Positions 1 through 12,400 of a DNA stretch of 64,000 nt are shown here, in pieces. Made by a program: the position numbers and the translations under genes. Under the pieces are notes generated by a model. That model was not told the origin of the DNA, did no database searches, and saw only the letters and a list, made by a program, of their open reading frames with translations. Numbering within the stretch: the stretch's first letter is position 1; each line of letters begins with the position of its first letter. Origin of the DNA: Ginglymostoma cirratum (Eukaryota); contig JAHRHZ010000069.1 in the NCBI GenBank assembly GCA_024137785.1, positions 27,942,132 to 28,006,131 of the forward strand, read 5' to 3'.

Positions 1-125
1 CTCTCTTCCCCTCCCCCATTTCTGATGAAGGGTCTAGGCCCAAAACATCAAGTTTTCCTGCTCGTATGATGCTGCTTGGCCTGTGTTCATCCAGCCCCAT
101 GCTTGTTATCTCGGATTCTCCAGCA
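1..125 (+). mobile_element. Penelope-like terminal repeat fragment (family A) with decayed hammerhead motif
   Basis: CTGATGA-A-GGGTCTAGGCCC-AAAACATC followed by the family tail GATGCTGCTTGGCCTG..TTCATCCAGC..TTATCTC. Confidence 0.75.
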
Positions 126-333
126 CCTTTTAACCTTTGTAACCACAGGCTGTACCAGAATTGAACTTGTACAAACCAGTCCAGTGAGATAACCAATCCA
201 TTTAATATATAACACTCACTCAGATTGTGAAGTGATTAGCACTGAACCTGCAATGATTAAAACTCTGTAGTAGTGAACAAAGTCAACAAGTGTGAACACA
301 TCCCTTGGAGAACAAAGTAAAGTATGTACATAC

Positions 334-451
334 TGTTTTCAAGACCATTAACTACGACCTTGCTCATGTCTAGTGGATATGCTACATCAATGTTGAAAGG
401 ACTCTTCGGAATTGGGTCACCACCATAAGTTACAACAATTCCCATGTTACC
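334..451 (-). CDS. FLNB: FLNB coding exon 19
   Basis: [39 protein letters not shown]; donor A|GTATGT; 118 nt. Confidence 0.95.
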
Positions 452-3400
452 CTGCAAACACATTAGAATAGCATTTTATTCACTTTACCAAATGAGACAT
501 GGCAGTTGTCTTTGATAAAGCTCTTTTCACGTTAGAAAATGGCAAAGTCCTGCCCAAGTTCAAAGGTAAATAAGCACCCACCTGCTGTATTGGTGTATAC
601 TTCACAGTCTGAGAATAGTCATAATTGTCAATTATTTCAAAGTCACGGACAGCATCTCCTTTTGCAGGCCCACTGAAGCGTACGTTAAGGGGAGCCTTCC
701 CAGCCCCCTTTGTATATACTGTGAAATGTGTGGGTTTCCCAAGTTCCACTCCTGTGGATTGGAAGAACATACTCAGGTATAGAACATTCCAGTATACTGC
801 CCGGGATAGTGAAAAGACACTACAACCAAGGTTGGTCAAGTGTGCTGTAACCATCCCCATCCTCCAGCCAACTACCTCCAATGCAATTGCAAAATACTTT
901 GAAAACAAACTTGTCACTATTGATCTGTTTTTCTCAGTAAGAGACAACTAACGTCTGTGCTCCAGCCTGGACTTTCAATGGCCAGAGACTGCTGGTGAAC
1001 ATGGAAATAAGTGAGCATTAAAACAAAAAATGTTAGCTTAGAAAAATCAGCCCTGTCAGATTGGAAGAGGCCATTTACCCCATGTCTGCACAGGTTCCAG
1101 AGCAGGAGTCTTCAGAATGTCATTTTCCCCACAACTCTGCACATTCCTCCTCCTTACCTTTTTGAAGGCATCATCTCTTTCAGATAGCATATTGCACACC
1201 TTAACCATTCAGCTCTTCATAGAGGAAAAAGCAAACAAGAGTGTCAAATTTTAGTTTGGTGCCCTCATTTCTTGATCAAGTTGGAATGGTTACCCCCACC
1301 CATTTTGTTCTACAGACCCCAAAACATAAATACATGTAAAAATCTCCACTGCATTTTTCTAAAAAGGCAGGCTTCCACTTCTCCAATGGCCTTTAACTCC
1401 ATCACCCTGGAAAATCATGAACCTTCTGTACTAATACCTTCACATTCTTCCTGTTGTGTCTAAACTAGTATTCTAGTAGTTTTATGACCAGCCCAAGAAA
1501 GCCTAGCATACTGTACGTTTCATTAGATGTACTCAGGTCCTCCTATTCTTGCAGTCACTTCAGAACTATACCCAGGTTGTCTTTCCACCCAAGAAGATTT
1601 AACATTTCTCCAGAGTGAGCTTCATTTGCTTCTTGTTCACACTTCTGCCAACTTAACCAAATTCTATTGGAATTCTATGTTTCCTCAGTTCATAAGTGGA
1701 CATTTTAATCATCCATAAAAATTTTATAACTATGACAATTCTGATCTGACCATCGGAGAGTTTTGCAAATCTTACTGAACTAAGGTAACATTATCCTCAA
1801 AACCAACTGATAACAGAACATCCAAAAATCTCACCTATTACACTGAAATACAAAAAGCAGTTTGCCAAAAAAGGTTATTTGTAAAAGGGAGTATTATGTC
1901 CAGTATTGTTAACATTAATGATGCAAATGCATTGGAGGTAAAGGTCTAGGTTTGTATCTGGCATTTGGATTTGGCTTGATTGAAACAAGGCTTACAGGGG
2001 TCACGAGTGTGGAGAGGATATTTCCTTTTGATATGGGAGCATCTGGAACTGGCTGGGAGTCAGGGTGGAAGATGTTCAAAAAAGTGCCTTGTTAAAACTG
2101 ACAAGATTCCTATGTCAGAGGGATGAGATGATGCAACATGCTCAAGGACTGAGGTCTTGGTTAGTGGTTATACTAATAAAAAAGGCAGGCAAAAAAATTC
2201 CCACTGACTGGTATGGACTTTCCTTTGGAGGGACATATTTGGAGTTCACAGCAGTATGCACCACAGCCTGGCAAAAAATACCAACTTATTTTGCTAGAAG
2301 TAGATAGAGCTACAACTGCCTCCCTGCTGGGATCTTAGCATGATTTGAGGCTTAAGTAGTAGGCATTATAAAAGTAATCAGTCCACACAAAAATGCACCA
2401 GGCAAACCAAAAGCAGACAGCCTTTTGGCACAGGCTAGCTTTCTCCCACAAGAACTATACATGAAAAAAGGTTGTCAATAAAAAGGAAGGAGCACCATGG
2501 GTATATACAGGTGGGGGGGGGGGGGGGGGGGGTGTGTATAGAACAGAACACCACTATTGAGACACAAGGGAACCAGATGGTTCCCAGAGTCTTTTGAGAT
2601 TAAAAAGTCGTTACTCAAAAGACAAGACATAGAGCTGTACATTTTGAACAATCAAGTCATACATTTACAAAATAGCCATACCGCATTTCTCTACCAGTCT
2701 TTTCACCACATTACAGAACCACCCTCAGCTCAACAAAACAACTGCCTAATTTTTAAGGCTGCAACTTGTAAGGGGCAAGTTTAATAAATGTTCAAGGAAT
2801 ACACAGTTTTGCTGGAGTTTTGGAGAGACTACTGTGGAACCAAGTGAAGCTTTAGTACTGGACTCTCCTTATCTGTGAAAATACAGGAGACAAAAAAAAA
2901 CACTGGAATCTCATTTGTTCCAGAAATCTCAAGTAGGAGTTTGCAGCTGACAAAAACCACTAGGCTAGAATGCTGGAGCTCAATTCACGGAACGTTCAAT
3001 ATCAAACAAATGGTACTCGGACTTTCTGAAGGAGGGTATAGGCCCAAAACATCAGCTTTCCTGCTGCTCGGCCTGTTGTGTTCATCCAGCTTTACACCTT
3101 GTTATCTCAGATTCACCAGCATCTGCAGTTCCTACTATCTCTGTACTCAGATACAAGTCTTATTTGATCTCAAACATAATGGCTTCATTGGATAAGCTGT
3201 TGTACCATGTTTACTTGACTATTGAGTGCTTGATGGAGCAGTATGTAATACTAGATGAGTGGTATCTAGATCACTGCAGTAGCTGTGAATGGTGGAAAAT
3301 ATTAATCCAAGTTCATCACACCATTTGACCATCTGCAAGTGTCTAGCAGAAAGAAATACCTCAATCTTGTGGCTTTGACTCTTACCAGTTTTGTTTAAGC

Positions 3401-6400
3401 CTGGACCATCAGCCTTAACTTTGCTGGCATCATGTGATGGATCCACTTTAACTCTGAAAGAACCAACTGGAATTTCCTGTTTGTAAAAAAGAGATTCTGA
3501 TCACAAGCTGCAAGAACCAAAACCTGGAAATGCAAAGCAGCTTTGGTTACACAGGGTACAAACCTGACCAGCAAACAACACTTTAATGGTGTAACGTCCA
3601 GCAGCTGGTGGCGTATATTTCACAGTGAAAGTATCATTGGGATTGGTAATAATGTCAAATTCGATATCCTCCTCAGAGTCACTGATTACACGAGCGTCAC
3701 ATTTTATGCCAACACTGACGTCACCTAAAACAAAAAAACACTAATCTTCACAAATCTGTAAACTGTTAGACTGACCCAGTTTTCTTCATAACCCTTTCAT
3801 CACTGCAAGGAAAAATGCAAATTGTATTTATCCTAGCAACATTGTAGAATGCAGAAGGCCAAACTTGTATGGGATACTAGTATGACCATGCCTCTACATT
3901 GGTTAGTACTGTGGCAGAACAGAGCTCAACTTATCCTTGGTGAGAGCCACTCAAAAAAGGAGTGAACAGTTTGGTTCAAAGCCCATTTTCATATCTCTTC
4001 AATATGGGGAAATCAAAACTGTTTCCTCCTGCCAAGGCCAACACAGACTCTGAAAACTGGACATCCAAAGGGCTCATGCCACATTCATCATCTCCCTACT
4101 TCTGGGCCAGAAGAGGTGGGCTCAAGCTTCACTAACTTGAGTCGTCAAGACTTTGCTTGACTACAGTTCAGAATTTTGGACAAAACAAGCATTAAGCCCT
4201 GTTCTAGATAACACCAGAAGTTTAGATCATTTGCTGATCAGTTATCTTGTTCTCCAATTACTACCTTTAGAATCGGTCAATAAAAACTTCTGGAAAAATG
4301 TCAAACTTTAAGAAATCAAAACAGTCAACACTATGCTGGTCTGTTCAAAAATAAAGTGCAAATCCATATTAAAAAGTCAGTTAGCCTTATGGTATGCCCA
4401 TAGAGAAAAAGTATGGAAACTGTCAGTGAACATGAGGAATGAACAGCTTTTGATTTTCCATGCCTTAGCCTTACCTTCCCCAGCTTCTGTGCAATCCACA
4501 GTAAAATGAGTGGGCTCATTAGCTTTCAAACCAGTTCTTTCAACACCAGGACCTGAAACTTTCACCTTTTGTGGATGACTCCCCTGACCAATATTGATCT
4601 AAAAAAGACAAGTCCATTTAGAAAGACTAAAATAGCTAAGCAGTGTAAACAACTACGCTTCACATAACTCAGTAGATAAATATACATGAGGTGTACTGAA
4701 CTGTACAAGAATCACAACTGAACCCAAACGGCCCATAATCCATTTCCTACAGAAGCTACAGTGTGTGCTTGAAACCTCATTAGGAAATTAAATTTGGTTC
4801 GGGAAATTCCAAAAGTAGCAGTGAGTTAAGTACAGCACTGGCCTTTGTTAAAAATTAAGTCAGTGTTAGTTACTGACAATGAAATAGGACATTATGCCTT
4901 GAAGCCAAGTTAGAAGTTACAATCTTGGTTAGCTGAACAACATTAAAGTTGGCATGTTGCTTTGCAAAAAGCCATTAGAACACAAGATTAGTGGAATAAA
5001 ATATGGATTGAATGATAGGTCACTTACTCTAAATGGACTGTTAGAGACATTGACTCCTCCCCAAGCAATTGCAACAGTGTGTTTGAGTGGCTTGGTAGGA
5101 GTGTAAGAGCATGCAGTTATTCCATCACCTTTATTCTTTACTTGAACACCAATAGGAATACCTTCTGCATCCTGTGAACAATTAAAGATACAAAAAAGTC
5201 ACCATGGAATCTCTACAAAAGTGCAGAGTCACGTAACATTGCAGACTTGAAGCTGCCATCTAAATGTGTTGTAGATGAGATTCATAGCTAATATTTTTCA
5301 AACCTCCACACAATTGCAATCCACAAAGGAATTATCTAATACTGCCAGAGAACAGCCACCCAAGTATTTGAGCACAATTACTGTTTCATTAACAATTGAA
5401 AATTTAAAATTGTGTTGTGAAATATATACACTAGATGGCTTCTACAATAGCTGGCATGGTACAGTCAAAACAGTCCAAGCAAAGGCTACATTTTACTGGC
5501 TTTCCTTACTTGTGCATATATTTTCAGCGGAGCCTTCCCAGCATCTTTAGCATCCACTGTGAATTCAGCTGGTTTGTGAACAATGCAGCCAGTTTTCTCC
5601 AAGCCAGGACCATAGGCTTTTACCTGGGGTGGGAAGGGAGGAGGAAACACCAGATTAAGTGCAATTGTTCTGTTGATTGCACCATACAGCATCTCAGTTA
5701 TAAACAGAAATTATGACAGTATGTTCTTCATAACTGGTATCTCAGCTGTCAAAGACACCTAAACATTCATCTCATTTCAGGATCGCTCATTCAAGTTACT
5801 CTGGCTAGAGGTGAAGTCTGATCTTTTATGTTTATGTTTATACCCAACTTGGTATTCGACAGTTGGCCTTGGTTATATTGTATAGAAAACCTAGACATTC
5901 TAAAATGTTCAATCACAGATCAAGGACAGCCCTGATAATTGCAAGTTAAGGACCCATAAGACAGACAAAAACCCAAACAGGCTACAACAAGACATGAAAT
6001 AGTTATACATGGAAAGAAGGCAGAACATTCCTACCAGCAAACCAAGTGATGCCATGGGAGAAATCTAGCAACTTTGACCATTTCCCACCAGAATTCAGTA
6101 TTACTAGTGACTCAAATTTGTAAAATTTTAAAGTAATTAAAGCCATAGCACATTTGTTTAATAATGATGGTGTGGGCAGCACTTATTGCTGATCACCAGG
6201 TGACCTGAAGGTAGTGGCAAGGGCCTTCATGCGTGCAATTCATTTGCTACAAGTATACTCAAATGTTGTTCCAGGATTTCAACTGAGGAGTGGCAACGTA
6301 TTTCCAAGTCAGGATAGCAAGTGGCTTAGAGGGGAACTTGCAGATGTTGGTGCTCCACATATCCACTGCTCTTGTCCTTCTAGAGGAAAGTGGTCATGGG

Positions 6401-9400
6401 TTTAGAAAGGTGGTATCCAAGGATCTTTGGTGAATTTCTGCTGCTACTGTCTAAAAGCTAGAGGCAGCATGTACCAGCTGTTAGTGGTGAAGGACTGAAG
6501 GTGCACAGATGTGGTACCTATCAAGCTGGCTGCTGTGCTTTAAAATTGTCAGGCTTTGAGTGTTGAAGTTCATTCATCCAGACAGGTCAGGGTACCCCAA
6601 ACTGACTTATGCCAGGGACAGACTCAGTCATAACTTGACCGAGTCTGGCTACAAGGCAGGTCAGGAGCAAGAGTATTTTATATGGCTAGCTCAGTTCTGT
6701 TGCAGGTTGTGCTTGTGTAGCATCAAGGAGCTTATGCTTAGATTCTCTTATTTGAGATTGTTATTGCTTGACATTTGAACTGTAGTGTTTTCGTAACCCA
6801 CAAGTCTTATTGTCTAGGTCTTGCTAGACTTAGACACTCACTACTCCTATCAAAGACAAGTCCATAAAGGTAGTCTCCCCTTTGGGGGATTGGTACCACT
6901 ATTTAACTAGACAATAAACTAAGAACATGGGCATCCTCCCTGTCTAAGAGGGATCATGGCACAAATATCGAGCAAAGCAAGGAAGTGACCTAGACTTTAA
7001 GTTGCAACAATTGAACCAAACAGATTTTAACATTAACAAATATCATAGTTGGTAGAACCATGTTAGTGTCTGACATAATTACATTTGCACTAAAAGCAAT
7101 TTTCTAACATCTGAAAATCTCTGCAAACCTGGTGACTTGTAAAATAGCAGTGAAGTACCAATTTCATGCCCTAGGCCACTCAGCAGCATAAGTTCAGTTG
7201 ACTGGAGAAAAAGCAAAAAATTTACCCAAAGTTGCGGAACACCAAAAGCAGGGCTTTAACCTAAAAATAGTTAAGTTTTTTTGAAGGGTCCGACCCAAAA
7301 CATCAACTTTCTTGCTCCTCTGATGCTGCCTGGCCTGTTGTGGTGTTGCTCCAGCTCCCTACTTAGGCTATTAAAAATGGACTTTGACCAGACCAATTAC
7401 AACCAGGATAACAAATATTTGCCTAAGCAGTTGGCTAGGATGGTTAATGAAGTTTTGGGTTTAAAAAGATATCACATGAACGTCCTTAAATATTACAAGC
7501 CATCTCGGATGTGTCAGTGCTCACACAGAAACAAGTTGTAAAATTCATGACAGATGCAGTATTTGTTACCTGCTTTAGGTAAGCAAATCACCAAAGTATT
7601 TTAGGAACACAGGCTGACAGCTGCCCAGTAAACTACAGCCCAATTTCAGGTTGGATTTCAGATGTTTTCAAATATGCCTAACTAAAAAGTCTGATCTGAC
7701 ATTGAGAGAATGGAGAATTATCATTCATGTCTATCTTCCACAATGAGGCATTCAAGAAATGGAAACTAGTCCATAGCTCCAGGATCAAGTGTTTATGTTA
7801 CATTAATGGCATGGACATGGTGTCAGGCTATTGGATGCAGTTGGAAGACTACTGAAGTGTTAAGTGGCAGATTAATTTAATTTTCAGGCTTCAGAGTAGA
7901 CAATAACTTGGAGCGCAGTTCAAGTGAACGTACGTCACCTGCACAGAGTTCAAAATACCTGAAGTTTGATATTTTTCTCCTCTTTTTGAAAGTGGCTTTA
8001 CCACTTTATAGCAGGCACAAAAGCACTGAAATACTAGGGAGTGGTTTTTCCATCCTTGCCCACAAGATTGTTCAGTCCAGTGGCAGACCAACAGCAGTAT
8101 CCTCACTCAAGCCAACACACTGGGCCAGTCTTGTATCCTTTTACCTACAGGTGCCTGACTAAGGCCTTTGCTGTCTTTGTTGTAGTAGGAGAGTCAAGAT
8201 AGTGGAAACACTATAGGGACGTATTCAAAGCACTGGAGGCAAGAAAGCATTCTGGATACAGTCCATGGTTTGGAGAGCAGCCAGAAGTGGCAATGGTTTA
8301 TTCAAAGGCAGCTTTGAACACTGTCAGGATCAGAAGCACATAGTGAAGGGTAGAGATTGCCCAAACTCAACTCATCTACTCAAGATGTCAGCAGCTGGTG
8401 CTGGACAGGAGTTTGCAAAGCACAAACTGGACTTCTGACATTGCAACCCATCAAAAAACTGGAGTTGAAGGCTCAAGCGGCTGCCTTGACTGGCACTTAC
8501 CCGATCAGGATAGAAGGAACTGGATGCAGGTTGAATGGCGGCCATGAAGGGACTATCCACAATGTCCTCATCATCACACAACACATGCACTGCATATTCA
8601 CCAGGCTCAGTTGGCCAATAGCGTACATCACAGGATCCATCACTTTTATCGTCACATTCAATCTTTGCTTGAGAGGGACCCTCTACTGCAAAACCTATGA
8701 AATAACGTTTGCATTAATACCTTCCAACCTTTTCAGGTTTAAAGTTTGATTTCAAAAACTTACTTGTAGTTGAATTCTAAAGCTTTCATGTCAATGAAAA
8801 GTTAAAAATTTGGTTCATCTACAAGTGAGCTATACCTGTTTCAATCAACTTAGGATATTCTGGTTTTAAAAACCAAGTCATTTTTGTCCCACCTCAGCAA
8901 CAACGTCCATGTGCCTTTTAAAAAGGCAAAGTGTATTTGACAAGCATGAAACAGTTAGTAGTTAGCAAGTTAACATGACTTCTGTAAAGTTTCTGAAGCA
9001 AGTTAATCCAGCAACTGGAGGTACTGTCTAATCTATCATTTAAAGTCAAAACCTTTTGCCCAAAGACAAAACCAGACAAACAGAAGCAAGCCTTACCTAA
9101 CACCCCAACGTCTGTTCCAATGGTTTCTACTACAAAGTCTGCTGACTTTCCAACAACTCCTCCATCAAGGCCAGGACCCCAGGCACGTATTTTTTGAGGA
9201 CCTGCTTCAGGTCCAATCTGAATTTCAAAGGGACTAAAAGAGAAAAAAGGAGAAGTTCAGCATATTCAGGCTAAGACATGGATTGCAAAGTTCTAGTCTG
9301 AACTGGCATTGAACAACAAGGAATTTTTTTTAAGTGGCTACCCTGTAACTAGTAGAATGCCACATGGACCAGTGCTGGGGCAGTTTATATTTTAGTGACA

Positions 9401-12400
9401 GGGTGGGGGTGCAAAAAAAGGAAGGCAGCAGTCTGTACAGGGATATGGACAAGTGGGAGAAGACTCAGTAGATGGAATAATGTGGGAAGGTAACAAGTGG
9501 TGTATTTTTGGCAGCAACAGGAAAAAGCTGATTACACAAGTGGAGAAAGATTGCAGAAAGCTATCAGGGGTGGGGGGGAGAAGCGGGCAGGGGAGAGAAG
9601 ATTTGGAAATCCTTATCTAATGAAAGAAGAAGAAGCTAGCAGCCAAGTTCAGCAAGGAGGAAGGCAGACAAGTAGAAAGCTGGCCTTTGTTTCCCAAAAC
9701 AAAAAAAGAAGAAGGAGTATGAAAACAGGAAAGTCTGCTTAAACTATATAACATACAAGCAGAACCACAGCTGGAAAGCTTGAGTGTTTTGGACACCTTA
9801 TTTCCAATAAAAAAGGGTAGCTGTACCAGAATTTGAGGCAGTTCAGAGAAGACTGGTACCAAGCAGAGGGACTGCCTCAAGGTGTAGAAGGTTGGGAACT
9901 ATACTCATTGGAACTTAAGAATACGGTTACCATATTGAAATTAAGGGTAGATGTTGTGAATTCCACCCCCCACCGCCCCAGGGTCTAGGGCCAAAAAAGG
10001 GACAATCTCATGGCCAAACAAAAAGCAGGCAGAATTCCTTTAAGCCAGCCAGTCTGCTGATTTTTTCAGCCACCCAGCCTCAGATACATTCAAGGTCAAG
10101 AGATAGTTAACCCTTTCTTTGCTTATGGGGGAAAGCTAGGAAAGTTGAATAGAGGATTGTCAAATCAGCATAATCCGAGTGGTAGATCAGACCTGATGGC
10201 TAAATAGCTTGCTTCTACTCCATCTTATGGAATTAGGACCAATGGGCTATGAGTGCTTTGTTAAAAAAAGTGCTAAGACTTAGTGCCACTCATGAAAGCA
10301 AAACAGGAAATTGAAAATACAATGTTTTGTATAACATCTTTAGTGCTGTAAAAAGGCTGAAGACTGCAGTTGGTTATACCACCTGAGAACATTGACTTTG
10401 GAGTCATTTTAGGATGAGAAACTTGTTAGTTCTGTTCTTCAAAAAGAGAAATTTGCAACAAAGTTAATTAAAAGGCTGAAATTTTAGCTTCAGTTTGGAG
10501 GGAAGGGAAAGGACACAGGGAATTTGTTAGATGGCATGCACAGAGGTACAAAAAGTTAGTGCATGGATGGACAAGTGGGGCATGAACAGGGGAAAATGTG
10601 CTTTTTGTTTCGGTCCCAAAGTGTTATATGCCAACAGAAATTAGCAGCCACAAAATGGGGTGGAGTGGCATGAAGGCACTGGCATTGTCTTAAAGAGATA
10701 GTTACAGCAGAAGACAACATTTAGAATAAAAAAGCTTGCAGACTCAGTCTTACTAGGTCTGTAGGTCAGACTGAGACATCAAGGTCATGAAAGCAAAAAG
10801 AATTTCTGTACTTACCTCCTTGGGATGTTATGTCCCCCCCACGTGATGGTGACAATGTGTTTCCCAGGTGTAACAGGGTAGTACTCATAAGAGAAGGCAT
10901 CCCCTCCATCCAGAAGGTCTCTCTGCTTCACAGGCTGCTCTAAACCTTCTGTTAATTGGATAGATTAACCACAGTCAGACTATGAAAGCTTAGTATGCAC
11001 TAACCAACATTAAAAATAGTTTCAAGCCCCTCCAACCAGATGTCTGAAAAAGATATGCAGGGAGGTTGTTTATTGCTCAAATTCATTTGAGCATGAAGGG
11101 GACATGAAAGCATTAAAAAAGCCCACCTATTAAGTCACTAAAATGATTAGTAATAGTTGAAGAATGGAAAACCGTGTAGTGTCTAGCAGCACAAGTCAAT
11201 ATCCAACAGGGACTAACTTATTGTTGACTAGTGCATTTCAAAAAAAAACTTAACCAGTTTCCAGAAAGCAAGACCACAACATTTTGGTTCAAATTTGCAA
11301 AAATCTTACTGAATCAAGTACAGACTAACTACACATACCATTAGATGCTGCAATTAAGACTTAATTAGGGCCTATTTCACAGCTAAAAATGTAAAACAGT
11401 GACATGTGGTCATAATCAAGGCCCAACCATTTTTCAAAGCAACATCCAAGTCCAAGAGAGATTTAGTGCCAGTGTTGTTAGTTTAGAGCACCTTGACTAA
11501 CTGGAAAATTTAGACACTAGATTTTGCAGACTTGTGTAGCAAGTCAGAATGTGACAAAACTCAGATTAAACATGGGAATTTTTACTATTTGAAAATTTTA
11601 AAATCAAGACAAGCAGCAAACCTACGATGAAAATCTGTACTGGATTTAGATGATGGCAATGATCGCCTAAGTTTCGAGCTATACAAGTTATTAAATCAGT
11701 CATAAGTCCTTTGGTCAAAAAGCAACTTACTTGGTCCCTTCACTGTCACTTTCAGGTCACCACTTCCAGCCCCTTTGGTATGAACCTTAAAGTCTGCAAC
11801 TTCACGAATTCTCAGTCCTTTAGGTTGTAGGCCTCGCCCAGTTGCACGACAGGCATTGGGGTTACAAGCTGGAATGAAAATTTGTAATTTCTGCCTTGTA
11901 CAGCAATGATAAAGTGAAAAAGGAGAAAGCACAGATTGAACAAAAATCCCATTGAGAAAGTCACAAACTTTGTGCTATTAAAACCACCAGTGCTGTTAAG
12001 AAATCAAAATAAAACCTAAAGACAGCAAGAACTGCAGATGCTGGAGTCAGACTGTGGAGCTGGGAGGAACACTGCAGGCCAGGCAGAGAAGCAGGCAAGT
12101 TGACATTTTGTGTTGGGACCCCTTCAGAAGTGGGGGAGGGGGAAGAGCAAGGAAAGAGAGGAGGGTTGAGTTTGGGGCTGGGGAATGGAATAGGTGAATT
12201 CAGGAAGTGGTGGGGGGCAGCTAAGTGGGAGAGAAGATGGACAGGTTGTATCAGGTCCAGGAGGCAGGGATGAAATGGAGGGTTGACATGGGACGAGGCT
12301 GGGTTTGGGGGAAGTTTTAAAATCTTGTGAATTCTATGTTTAGACCAATCAGGCTGGCAGCTCCTGAGGTGGAATACAAGATGTTTGTCCAGTTTGTGCG

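Noticed and set aside
749-754. NAGNAG (CAG/GAG) at the exon 18 acceptor
   Set aside because: GAG is rarely used as an acceptor, and nothing else suggests alternative use.
480-947. ORF-track proteins containing filamin segments as stand-alone genes
   Set aside because: These are exons read through into flanking intron; true boundaries are set by splice sites.
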